From NCBI RefSeq assembly GCF_006345805.1, contig NC_043000.1:65782001-65846000 (forward strand): DNA of 64,000 bases, written 5' to 3'. The notes under the pieces are model-generated. The model was not told where the DNA came from and searched no databases. It saw nothing but the letters and a program-made list of their open reading frames with translations. Both the position numbers and the translations under genes were made by a program. This DNA is from Octopus sinensis (lineage: Eukaryota). Of the stretch, positions 22,136-35,239 are shown in pieces; the stretch's first letter is position 1, and every line of letters starts with the position of its first letter.

Positions 22136-24204
22136 ATCTCGATATTATAACCACGTCTCATCATTTAAACACAGGAATAAAGAAAGCTCGACTTTATTAA
22201 GCAAACTAATTTGACAGCTTAAAGATAAAAACAAAGTATAATATTAAGTGGCCGATACGGAGCAGTGCACTATCTTATGATGTAGGGAAAACGAGAAATA
22301 AAAGACAGCAATTAGCGGTACGATGTAAACATATTTACAACAAAACCTCCGGATGATTTCCTCGATAATTAATCATGAGAGAAATACGATAAGACATCCA
22401 CAAGCCCTCCTGGCTCAACAGATGAGGGATGATACATATTTAAATTAAATACCACTTGTCATTTTTGCTTAGTTCATCCAATCACAGATCTCTTTTTGTT
22501 TTTCTCAATTTTTTTTTTGTGACGAACATATCCATCTTATATAATAATTCTGCTTGTCATTACGTTGCTTAGCCCGTCGGTAACGCTTTCACATGATTAG
22601 AGAAAAAGAGGGAGAAAGAAAAGTAGAAGAGAAAGAGAGAGAGAGAAAAGCAACCATGACGGAAGGTAGATGGAACGTAATTGTAACACTTTTAAGTGAT
22701 TAGTTGAAGCTAAAGAGAGGAGAAAGAAAAAGGAGAGAGAAAAAAGGATAAGGGGAAGAGTGAGAGAGAAAGGACGGAGAGAGAAAAATGTGTCCATGAC
22801 GTGTGGTAGGGGAAACGTAATATTTATTACGTGGTTAAAAAAGTTTGTTGAAGGTAGTGATATAGAGTTAGAAATATAATTTTAGCAGAGGATTAATGTT
22901 CTGATGCTAAGGTTAAAGAAAGGCAAAGAGAGAGAGGGAGGGAGAGGGAGAGGAAGATGATGGTAGTGGTGGTGGTGGTGGTGGTGGTGGTGGTGGAGGA
23001 GGAGGTGGCGGTGGTACGTGGATAGTGAAAAGTGCATTTTTTACAGTTTTTTTTATATCACCTATCACTTAACACATGCGCATAAGTGCAACTCCGTGAA
23101 ATAGTCACCCTTATTTACGTGGCAGATATATGCAATTTAACAAAAGGTTGTATCATATGTACGGGATATTTTTTATTGTTGTTTACGAGAAAAATGGGAA
23201 AATAAGAGTGAATATTTATTTTATGAGTGCTGTATATTAAATTTATAAAACTGTGCATAAAGCATATGAAGTGCATTAAGTAATCATCGTATTCCAATTT
23301 CTTTCATTTTTCAATGAGTTGCAGGTGAGCGACTATCTTCCCATACAGACACAACACGGGCTACGCTTTCGGGATTTTTTTGGTTAGTTTTCAGAAATAA
23401 CTCAATAAGTTTACCATTAATTCCCTGAAACATTCACGGGTCTCGCAAGTTTATATTATTTCTATTCTCCTATATCCATTACCTTATTTTCCCATCTAAT
23501 TTTCATTGCATTTTACTTTTTGTTATAATCTGGATCTTCATCCACTTGTATGTTGTCGTCGGCACTATAATATTCTTGTTGCCACTATTATGTTGTGGCG
23601 GTATTCCGCGTCTTATTATTTTTGACTCCTCCCTCGTGCTATCGCTGATAGCTCTGCAAGACAACGACTTGCAACGTCTACCTTGACGGTAACTCAAACT
23701 CGTAAATATCACGTAACTGACACTGACTCCCGCTGAGAACTCGTACAACGACTCTACTACTACTACTGACCTCCTACAACGAGTAACTGTCTGACTTTAT
23801 AGTGGCTGACTATGTCACGTGGGAAGGAGTGTACCATTTTCACTGCATCTCCCCTTTTAGTTTCTTTTTTTCCTTTGGGAAACAAGTAATTTTATTTTAC
23901 TTTATTTATTCACCGTTCGAACATATAGTCCGAACATATAGAATTCAGCGACGCCATCTGGCCAAAGCAGCCACTCTGTGTTGATAAAGAGCAATAACCC
24001 AGAAACTAGTTCACAGATGTTGTTTTACGCTAGATGGGAGTGCTGAGCTCCCTGTTCGAAAATATAAGGACACAGATAGTGTGTAGTATAGCCAGCAAGA
24101 AACGATGTTTCTTGGGGTTAAAACAACAGTAACATCGTCCCTTTCGGGGCAGCCACATTATGTTGGCAAATAGGCTTTACTTTATATATATATGTATGTA
24201 TACA

Positions 24205-24313
24205 CAATACGCTTCTTTGAGTTTCCACTAGTAGATGACACTTGCCTCAGGTGTCATGCAGTAAGACTGAACCTGGAACCTCGTAAGTAAATTTCTTACA
24301 ATACAGCCACACC
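24205..24313 (-). mobile_element. SINE family B head fragment
   Basis: Minus strand gtggctgtattgtaagaa..ggttccaggttcagtc..cacctgaggcaagtgtc. Confidence 0.55.
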
Positions 24314-24944
24314 CAATCCTGTTATAATTTATTCATTTATTTATTTATAAGCTCCGATTACGAGCTCAAATTATTACTTTTAAATGCCCTTTACTTATAT
24401 TAATTCCCATTCTTAATTAGATAGATTTTGATACTTTACATTTAAAATAATTAGAACTATCCTAACTGTCTTCGGTTTGTATATATCCAAATACCTTAGG
24501 GAGGTGTTTGGATATATTCAAGCTGTTAGGTGTCTAATTTCAAAGCTACTGGGGTTCAAATTTCTATACCGGATGTTAATACTATTCACTCATCGCAAGA
24601 GAGAACATATCCAAACACTTTCCTTGGCATAGGGTCCAAAATATAGTAGTGATCGCCAAAAGCCGGCCACAGGCACTATATACTTTACAGCGCCATTATC
24701 TACCGTGGACACCAATACAACCAGCGTCAACACCAATACCAGTATAATCACTACCACTACAACACCCACAACTCTTTAATGATCCACAACATAAATAGTA
24801 TAAACAAGATAAGCAATACCATCTCAAATAAAGAAAGAAAGTAGTTACACGAGATAACATGATTCTCTGGTGTATTTTAAAAGATGAATGAAACAGTTTT
24901 GACTTTTGGTCAATGAAGTTTGATTTGAAACTAAGCACCACCAC

Positions 24945-24975
<31 letters not shown>

Positions 24976-25229
24976 ATAATTAACAAGAACAAGATGGCCA
25001 CCACAACAACAATGCCCCACCGTCACCGCCACTACTATTGCCAACATCAAAGCCAATGCAACCAATACTACCATAACTGCTCACCCACCAAATTTTGAAA
25101 AACCAACTGGCAGCAACTATGATAGTATTAGTATGACAGCAACGTCTGCAGCTAAGTATATTTGAATGTCAGAACACAATGGTACACGTGTGTGCTTGAG
25201 TGTGTGTGTGTGTGTGTGTATGTGTGTGC

Positions 25230-25268
<39 letters not shown>

Positions 25269-25782
25269 CGCGTGTGTGTGTGTGTGTGTTGTGTGTGTGT
25301 GTGTGTGTGTGTATGTGTGTGTGTGTGCATGCGCGTGCGTGCGTGCCTATGCTTGTGAGTAGAGTGTTGAGCTTTTATGGCTCAAGTCAGAGGTGCAAGA
25401 GCGACGTGCCTATAAACCTGGTAATCCTTCGATTAACTCTAATCACACTGTATGTACTTCATCTCATCTCATTCCATCATCCTTCCAACTTCTCATTTTC
25501 AATTTTATATCTCCATGAATATTACAATCATTTGCTCTCACAAAACAGTTCTTTCCGGTGCTATTTCTTTTTACTACATATTTATTGTGGGCAGGCGTTG
25601 ATCAACGCTGCTGTTGAATTTATCTACTATTCAGGATGTGTGGGAAGCAGGAATCTAGTGGAACTAAAGATAATAGCGTGTAAAGGAACTGTAAATGAAT
25701 TACATAGAATATTGATGTTTTAAAAAATCAGGAGAAAAATAACAACATTAAAGTGTGTAACATCTACAGTAGGAATAAAAGG

Positions 25783-26100
25783 TCACCTACCCTTTTCTGC
25801 AAATTGTCATATAAACTTTGGCCTTTCTTTACTATGTTACCATCGTGCATATCGGCACATTATATCGAGTCTGACCCTCGGTCAATACAGAGAAAAAAAA
25901 TAAATGAAATATTCAAGGAGTTACTCCGTTAACCGCTAGGGTCATATTTTGTCATTCAGATAATGTGATGTTTAGAATAGGACGGCTCTTGGATGTATTG
26001 ACAGAGGGTCAGATACGATATAATGTGCTGATATGCACAATGGTAATATAACAAAGAAAGGCCAAAGTTTATATGACAATTTGCAGAAAAGGGAAGGCGA
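25783..26100. mobile_element. MITE with 107-bp TIRs
   Basis: 25783-25889 versus reverse complement of 25994-26100: 10 mismatches in 107 nt by manual alignment; 104-bp spacer. Confidence 0.85.
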
Positions 26101-26149
26101 AACTTTTTATGGAGAACCTTTTCTCGACAGTTAAGGCTAGCAAAAGATA

Positions 26150-27050
26150 GTATGAAAGTTTTAAGAAGGGATTTAATTTACACGACATAGTGAAGCTGCC
26201 AGTGCTGATACAAAGCTACCGCTAATTATTCTGAGCATCCGAAAAAAAATGAGTGCTGGACGAAATTTCACACCGGAGCGAATATACCATGTTGGTGAAA
26301 CTGCATGATTCTACAAGTTCATGCATATTATAATTTTTAATTTTTGAGAAGAAAGTCAACAAGTTTTATTTCCTTCTAACATAACCTTTAAATAAGGCAT
26401 GGATGATTAATGATCTTTTCAAAGAGGTACGATATTTCCAACAAAGTATTTCTCTTTTTAGACAATGCACCAAGCTATGAAGTTTCTAATAATGTGATGA
26501 TAATATATATACTCAATGATACAACTTCTTTGGTCCAGCCAATGGATTAAGCTGTGATAGCTAACTTCAATGCATATTATCTGTGAAGTACTCTCAAACA
26601 AGTTATGAAGGCAATTGACAAGAAGGTTATACAATTAGAAAGTTCAACGTGATGGATGTTGTAGGTAGCATATCTGAGTCATTGAGTCAAGTGAAACTCC
26701 ATTTTGTATGCTACTTGAAAAGATATCACCAGACATCACAAGTTTTCTACAAGCAGGAACTCTACATCAAATTCGGAAATAGTAACAATTTCAGAAAGAT
26801 GTAGGATTTGAAGGAGTCATAGAAGATGCTATGGTTGAGTTGCTTGTGTTTCAAAGAGAAAGTTTGAGGAGCTGCAAGGATATTGCTTTTGACTTGGCAC
26901 TGATAGGCGAAGGTCTGTAAGTTTTAGCTGATTACAATTTTATCCGTGAACGTATCATTAGAAGTACAAGAGGGGTTTATAATGAATTCAGCTTCTTACA
27001 CTGAGCTGGGAAAAGGATGATGCGCCATAAACATTAAAACACCGTCCCAA
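26150..27050 (+). mobile_element. pogo/Tigger transposase relic
   Basis: NFTPERIYHVGET, LDNAPS, TTSLVQPMD*AVIANFNAYY. Confidence 0.8.
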
Positions 27051-27614
27051 AAACATTCATTCCACCACTACCACCACCACCACCTCTAAGTCAGCATCCT
27101 TTGTGGCAAGAGCGTACTTTGTAACAATATTACGATTCATATTTATTCCTTTACATATTTCCTTTCAAATATTTTTTTCTATGCGTATTGTACTGTGCAA
27201 ATTGTTATTTTCATGCATAAAAGCGGTCCTGTTGCTTGTTTATTTCTTAATTTTTCTTCTTTCGAAAAACATCCGCCGGAACACATTCATCAGTTTATAA
27301 TATGAAGATCAATGGGAGAATTAATTTCGAGTCACGAGATTTGGTCACGCGCTATGATAAGATTCCAGGAACTCATTACTCCGGTAATGTGGACGATTCC
27401 TGTATTCAGAAATAATGTTTTATAAACGGAAGAAGATGTATGTATATATATATATATATATATATATAATGTATATATATGCGTGTGTGCATGTGCATGC
27501 GTGTTAGTATCTATGTATATATGAACGTGTGTGTAAGCGTGCATGTGTGCAAATGTGTTTATATATACATATATATATATAATATATATATAATATATAT
27601 ATATATATACATAC

Positions 27615-27702
<88 letters not shown>

Positions 27703-27707
<5 letters not shown>

Positions 27708-28505
27708 GTTAAAAAAACACAAACTGGGACAAGAACGTGAAACATTTTGAAGACGACAAAAAAACAACACAGACGGGACTTTCGAAGCTCTCAGTCATCA
27801 GTCAAGAACCAGATCATCTTCGCAATTTCGGCTGATTAATCTTGAGATTGCTCCAATCTGGGCAGCCCGCCAAGGGAAATCTAAGCCAGTCGCATTAGAT
27901 TCCTTGGAAGAAAACCTCGAAAGTATACAACACAGTGACGGAAAAACGGACGATGTTACTCGAAAAAAATTCAAAAATACGTAAAAACAATAACGATAGC
28001 ACGGATAAGAATACAAAATAACGTAAAAACAATAATAACAAAACCAGGACGTCAGGACAAGCGTCTTTCGACAGGACGAGTTGAGTATAGGGCTGGCTGT
28101 GGTAAAAATGCCTGAAGGCAAACGGAGCACAAACAATTACGTGTGGTCACACCAACTACTTGATGCGAAAAGGCAGTAGTAGCTAGCTGGTCACGTGAGC
28201 ACAAAAGGGAGAAAGGGACAGATGAAGAGAGAAGCAAGAGAGGGAAAGGGACAGGTCAAGTGGGGTATAAGGTCTGAGAGGCAGAGAAATGTGGGAGAGG
28301 AGGGACGGAGGAAGAGAGAAAGAACGGGGAACAAGGGAGGAGAAGAAAAAGAGGGAAAGAGATAGAACAAGGGGAGTGCAAAGGGTGAAGGCAGAGAAAA
28401 GTAGGAGAGGGGGGGAAAGAGGGACAGTGTAGTCGAGTCGTACCAATGTTAGAGAGTAATATACTTACAGTATAGGGTCAAAAGGTAGGATACGTAGCCG
28501 CCGTG
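27703..28505. repeat. Unclassified ~800-bp non-coding element between (TA)n tracts
   Basis: Sharp (TA)n boundaries, internal 16-bp repeat acgtaaaaacaataa, purine-rich 3' block. The resemblance to an interspersed repeat is recalled, not checked. Confidence 0.4.
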
Positions 28506-28612
28506 TTATATATATATATATATATTATACACATGTATATGTTGTATACGTATATGCATGCTTACGTACATATTCAAACATATGTACATATAAATGTACA
28601 CACATGCACGTA

Positions 28613-29375
28613 CGAAGGCCGGTTGAAAAGTTCATAGGCTGATCAAGATACTCTTATGGAATGTGACTAAATGAGGTTTACTTTTCAACATAGTCCTCCT
28701 TGCGGTCTGCAAACTTCTTCCACTCTTATTGCAGTGCGGCGATCCCATTGGTCAAAAAAGTCATTTACAGCAAATATGACATCATCATCAATATGACACT
28801 GGTTCCCAGTCAAGTGTTTTTTATTATTTGGGAGAACAGGTGATAGACAGTTGGGGGTCAAATCAGAAGATTAGGGAAAGAGATCAACCAGTTCAAAGCC
28901 ACAGTTATGCACAGTAGTCATTGAAAAGAAGGACTTGTGTGTTGGATCTTTCCTGGGCGTTTGGTCTTGATAATCTTTCGTAACTGCCTCAGCAAGTTGG
29001 CATAGTATTCTCCATTACGGTATGGCCCTTTCGAAGATAGTCAATAAATACAATTCCTTTTACATCCCAAAAGACTGTGATTATCACCTTTCCTGCAAAT
29101 GAAACGACCTTGGCCTTCTTTGGAGCAGGTAAGGAGTGTTTCCTCTATATGTATTGTCTCTTTATCTCTGGTTCAAAATTATGCACCCAGCACTCATCCT
29201 GAGTTAGGAAACGTTTAAGCAAACTGGCTGAAGCTGCATCAAACAATGTCAGATTTTCCCGTTATGTGATCAACGTGGTACGATTTTGTTCAGGTGTCAG
29301 AAGACGTGGCTCCCGCCGAGCAGAAACTTTCGTCATGATAAGTTCATTGGCTGAATACTCTCAACTCTTTTCTCA
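28613..29375 (-). mobile_element. mariner relic (irritans/Hsmar2-like), partial
   Basis: Terminus tacgaaggccggttgaaaagttcataggctga; minus-strand KHLTGNQCHIDDDVIFAVNDFFDQ. Confidence 0.7.
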
Positions 29376-29432
29376 GATATGCAAATTACATTGGCTATGA
29401 TTTATGTCAAACGCCTCTGTGTGTGTGTGTGT

Positions 29433-29495
<63 letters not shown>

Positions 29496-30487
29496 GTGTG
29501 TGTAGTGGCCACTTGTTGAGATTCCATTTTTCTTCCTTTCTTCTAAATTTGACACATCTTCCATTCTTGGTAGATACGAAAACAATTTAGCTGTGTTTTC
29601 AGTTTAATCACAACTTTACTTTGGTAAAATGCAACAATGCAAACAACCACTGGAAACAAAATATATCGATGATGATACACGAGAGCAAGTTATCGGCCGC
29701 TATCAACGTGGAAAGTTGAATCGAAAATCGTTCAACTTTACGGTTTTAATCGATTAACAGTCGTAGAAGGTTTTGACCAAGGTAATAAGGGCAGCCAAGA
29801 TGGAAAATATCAAACATCGACATGCAATTTCTCTTGTGATATATATCGCTATGTTGTTTAATAAAAATACTGAAAGACCTTGAGTATGAACGAAGAGTTA
29901 TAAGAGTGAAACCAATGATTCTAAGAAGCTAAGAATCATTCTAAATGGTTCCACTGGCTAAAGATTTCTGCAACAAAGAAGCTGGATTGTATTTGTCAAT
30001 ATCAAATTCTGTCAGTTTTCCAATTAAAAGTAAATATATATAGCATTGCAACACAGAATGAAACTTGGGAGTTGCACTGTATGCAAAGGACAGCTAAACA
30101 CAAAGGAGCTTTTGTGTTGGACCCAGTTTGAGTACAAGGCAGATCAAATCTGATTCTTGTTGAAAAATCTTTTAAATTGCCTAAAATACTTTCAAATGCA
30201 GGCATACCTCAACTTATGTAGTTTCGAGTTACGTCTTTTTCGATTTTATATGTTTTTTCTTTTCTGTCTTCCTTTTTTTTTTGAAAGAAATTAATGGAAA
30301 TAAAATAACTTTGACTTCAGTCGCTTTATCAGATTTTACATCAGTCTCAGTGATCATATTTAATAAAATAAAACTTTAACTATTATTAGTATAAAACTTT
30401 ATTTAAAAAAAACACCTAAAAACGAATACTGATTTGGAAAATCAAATAAAAAACATGAGAAAATATGTATAGATCCTTTATTAGCTT

Positions 30488-30650
30488 GAAATTTTGGCAT
30501 CGACCCCAGTGTTTAACTGGTACTTATCGACCCCGAAAGGATGAAAGACCAAGTCAACCTCGACGGAATTAGGACTCAGAACGTAAAAACGGATGAAATG
30601 CTGGTACGCATTTCGCCCGGGGTGCTAATGATTCTGCCAGCTCGTCGCCT
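30488..30650 (-). mobile_element. SINE family A
   Basis: Reverse complement of family A head and body. Confidence 0.85.
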
Positions 30651-30922
30651 TGTCTAAGTCCTTATTAAAATAGATATAAGCTAATATACTGTTTCTATTC
30701 TTGTTGGGTTTTTTTCTTTTTTCTTTTTCGCGTTACGTCGCATATCTTCGAATCAATTACCGATACAAGAATAGGTAGGCTTCTGCTTGAAAATAATCTA
30801 TTATTCATTTATTCCAATGTAGGAACTGGTAAGGAGACAATTCTTTTTTATGGTGATTGTATCCCTTATTACGCTAGGATGTTATAAACTCCGAAAAGAA
30901 CTCCTAAATGGGCTGCTCAACC

Positions 30923-31070
30923 GCGACGAGCTGGCAGAATCATTAGCACGCCGGACGAAATGCGTAGTAGCATTTCATCCGTCTTTACGTTCTGAGTTCT
31001 AATTCCGTCGAGGTTGACTTGGTCTTTCATTCTTTCGGGGTTGATCAGTACCAGTTAAACACTGGGGTCG
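30923..31070 (+). mobile_element. SINE family A, 3'-truncated
   Basis: gcgacgagctggcagaatcattagcacgccggacgaaatgc..gagttctaattcc. Confidence 0.85.
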
Positions 31071-31519
31071 TTTGGGAACATAGGGATAGAAGGTTGAGCA
31101 AGATTGTCGGAAATTCCTTAAACCACAGAGATGAAAGAAGCATCGGGCGAAGACTGGATAAATATGGCTGTGTGTGTTATTTTAAAGTGACGCGCACAGA
31201 ATACCAGGGGAAAATTTCATTCATTTCAGATATTTTACAAGTTTATTCATGCAAGTTTTATTACTAGTTAAATTAATGTTGCGTTTCGTTAAATAGCTAT
31301 AAAGTTATTGTAGGAACACTGCGTACATACATACATACATACATACATACATACATACATACTACATACATACATACACGCACACACATACATACATCCA
31401 CACGCATACATACACATACATACACACACATACATACACATGCATACATACATACATACATACATACATACATACATACATACATACATACATACATACA
31501 TACATACATACATGCATAT

Positions 31520-32485
31520 AAAAAAAAGATATGGCGTCGAACACAAAGGACTATTCATTCTCCCAGATAATGAATACTGCCTCCTATAATCTTTGCCATT
31601 AATACAAGTCTGGTAAAAGAAATGGTTACTTTCTTTGAGTAAATGCAAAGAAACAATCTTTGTTGAAAAGATCGTGGTACTAATCAAATCAAATGAATAA
31701 TATATACCAACGTGAAAATTACTAATACATACACCATGGCGACGAGAGAATCCGGAGTTAGCTACCGCAGATCGTGGAGCTGTCAAGAAAAGTTTCAGTG
31801 GACTTTCGAATTGAACTAAGACCTATACCAGTTCTACTAATTGAACTAAGACCTATACCAGTTCTACTGAAAGGCTAGGGAAGATCCCTGAATAGGCTAT
31901 ATGAAGGGACTCAAAGAGTATTAAGATTTAAAAAATACCCAACATTCTCAAATTCGGTGCAAACATAACACACCTGATATTGTTCTTTGGGACAGGAAAC
32001 AAAAGCTATTGTACATTATAGAGGTCAGCTGCCCAGCGGATGTGAATATTCCGTCAAAAGTCCAAGAAAAAGAGAACATTAATGGTGCATTAATGCGGAA
32101 CTTACTGCTCTTGTACCCTGACTATAAATTCTCATTTGTACTTATTCTCATAGGCACATTAGATATCTACAAATTCGCATAAAAACCTAGAAATACTAGG
32201 TGTTTCGAAGTAAGAGCAAAAGAAATTGATGCGAATTCGCAAAATCCAATCTATTAACAGCACAGTGAAAATGTGTAAGACATTCCAAAGATTCTCCATC
32301 TAAGATTCTTTAGATAAATACATGCACACACTTGGAGGTGTACATCAACTCAACCAACACACCAACTGAATCACATATAAAAATCGAGAACTCTCTTAAC
32401 TCAAAAAGCCTTGTCGCTTTATTAGCGACCGGGTTGAACTTTCTCAAGAAGAACTTAAATAAAACTCAAAGATAAACATACTACA
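31520..32485 (+). mobile_element. RLE-bearing non-LTR element (R4/Dong-like), truncated or internally deleted, within (CATA)n
   Basis: KHNTPDIVLWDRKQKLLYIIEVSCPADVNIPSKVQEKE is a PD-(D/E)xK RLE motif; 3' UTR runs into (TACA)n; 30-bp tandem duplication at 31810-31869. Confidence 0.75.
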
Positions 32486-34762
32486 TACATACATACATGT
32501 GTGTATATATGTGTTTGTGTGTGTGCGTGTGCTTGTTTGTGTGTGCATGTGCGTGTGTGATTATGTATAATACAACAAATCAGTACTCAGTCATAAAAAT
32601 ATATTACTCGATATAATACTATATTTAGCTAGAAAAAGTATTATCATATTTTATCTTTTACGTGAACACAAGTTAATCTCATATGTCAAGGTTATTAGTT
32701 CTACAATAGTTTGTAAAAGTCTGTAAAAAAAATTATATATCAAGTTGGCCTCTGTTCTTTATATTACTCAGTATAAGTGAGAGTCGATGTATCCATGGTA
32801 TAAAAACTGCTTGCAAACAATTTCAAATTATGTTAATTCTTTAATATAGATTGTCAATCCTTTAAAGATAATAATAAATTAGTTTTTATTTCTGGATTTG
32901 ATTGTTTTGGATTCTTTTTCTTTTTTTTCTGTGTCAATGTCTCCTGTTTTTTTACGGGGTATTTCCATCAGTGATTATAGATTCTATGTTTTTTATCGCA
33001 TTCACTCTTATTTCCACTTTGATAACATTATTTTTTTTCTGAGCAGAGCTTGTCCATTTGACATTCTTAAACGCTTTATTTTGTCTTAGTTTTCAGAAAA
33101 ATGTACATAGTCAAACGTCTTGTCAATATATACAATACACCACATGTCGCTGTATGTATATATATTTTTGTGAGATACACTTTAGCGTTTGAAGCAGTTG
33201 AATTTGTTCCACTTTATAAAATTAAAATTTAATTTCTAAATCATTGACATGACCTGGAGTCGTTCTGTTTATTTTTCTATTTGTTTCACAATGCTTAAGG
33301 AGACAGTTTGAAGTTTTCTGAATTAAACAACTGCGTTTCTACTTTCTTACTACAACAGTATCTCTATTTAGCTGTTCTGTTTGTATTTTGTATTTGAAAG
33401 TTCATTCTGCTTTCTTAATGCTTAACTAATGTCTTAATATTCATAAATTTCAACTTTTTAATCATGCATCGCAATATTTATAAGATAGGTTAGTTGCTGC
33501 TGTAGTGTGAAACAATGACACTTAAGTTTGATTTAATTTTTTTCCAGAAGGACCAACAAAAATATTTCACACTAAATTTTCAAACAAAGTTTCCACCTAC
33601 TTGCTGGAGTTGTTCAGTTTGTTTGTTTTTTTTCTATTCGGCGTTTCATTCTGCTACCTTCACTGTCTCATAATGTTTTAATGTTCACAAATTCAGATGA
33701 TTCGCCCGGTATCGCAACACTCATAAGAAATTTCCATGTCACTTTAGTGTGCAGTCTACTGCAGTATGTACAGTGTACATAGTGAAATGACCTGGTCTGG
33801 GTTAGGTTTAGGGTTAGGATTAGGAGCACTTCGAAATTACAGATTGAAAACTCAGAGGGCCAAGATTAATTGGTGCCTCCTTATGTATATTCAAGAAATA
33901 TTGCTCTTTATGAACTTCTGCTGTGAATTTTATTTGTATAGTATTTCGAGAGTGGTAAATATGATTTTCTTATCTTCCTGTTATTTTGGAATTTTTATTT
34001 ACTTCCTCATCTAATTATCAACTTTCATGGGGTAACTTTTTTAACAGCAATTCCGTCATTATTGACGGCTCGAGTATTCTAGTATATTATAATCTAAAAT
34101 ATATTCTGCTAATTATGGTGTGTTATGTGTCAAAGGGAATAAAAAATGACCTCTTCAGAGTAATCAGAAAGGGAAAATGTTTTCTTTTACATGAAAGTGA
34201 AATTATTTTCTTTAGCATAAAATTGAAAGTATTTTCTTTTGCAAAAAAATAATGAGCGTGTATTCTCCGGGCTGAAAAGCGAACGGTTACTTTTTCCTTA
34301 ATACAAAAGATAAATGTATGATAAATGTATCTAATTTCTTTCAATAAGTTCATCATTAGGAAAGACTATTGTCACGTAAACTAGATTACATAAAAATCTG
34401 AATGCACTGGGAACCAATATGACGTATATTTCTTCTTTTTGTACAATTTTGCAGCGATTCAACATGTTACAATATCAAGTGTTACAGCATCAAGCCCCTA
34501 CTCTGTACACACATGCACTCACGCTCTCTCTCTCTCTCTCTCTCTCTCAAACACATACGCACAGTGATTTTTCATTGATTCCAGCCATCTCGCTAGATTC
34601 CAACGGTCTAACTATATTGCCATAAAAGGTAAAAAAGTCAGTTACAAGAAATTGTGTCCTCATAAAAGGCATTAACATGGTTCGATTTTGAAAATTTTCC
34701 CGTTAAATAGTTCTGCCGAAGGTTCTAGAAGGTTGACTAATTGTTATAAAAAGTCGAGATTT

Positions 34763-35095
34763 TTTATCTGCAGTGGTAGCAAAAGCGTTACTTTACAAAT
34801 GGATTTCGCATTTTGGAACTCCAACTACAGTAACAATCGACAGAGGCTAACAATTTGAATCTAGTTTATTTACTGAATTAACCCATTTGTTGGATATATT
34901 AAGTAGATTCGTATTACGGCATGATTGAACTTTTCACCGCAAACTTAAAACATCATTCAAAGCATATGATAACACAGACAGATATATAGAATACCTGTCT
35001 ATTTTATTTCTAAGAATCAGTACGTCAATTAAGGCAAACCTATGTTTTAAACCAGCAGAACTGTTTTATGGCATGACATTAACTCTTCCTAAATA
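34763..35095 (+). mobile_element. Ty3/Gypsy integrase fragment
   Basis: VAKALLYKWISHFGTPTTVTIDRG*QFESSLF, GMIELFHRKLK, KPAELFYGMTLTLP. Confidence 0.85.
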
Positions 35096-35165
35096 GAGAG
35101 AATCATGTGATACTTTACGATTTAAAAATGAAATTCTGAAGTATTGCCATAACGGGATAGTGATA

Positions 35166-35239
<74 letters not shown>

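Noticed and set aside
29940-30030. Possible minus-strand terminal exon EFDIDKYNPASLLQKSLASGTI*
   Set aside because: Poor polypyrimidine tract and no recognisable homology.
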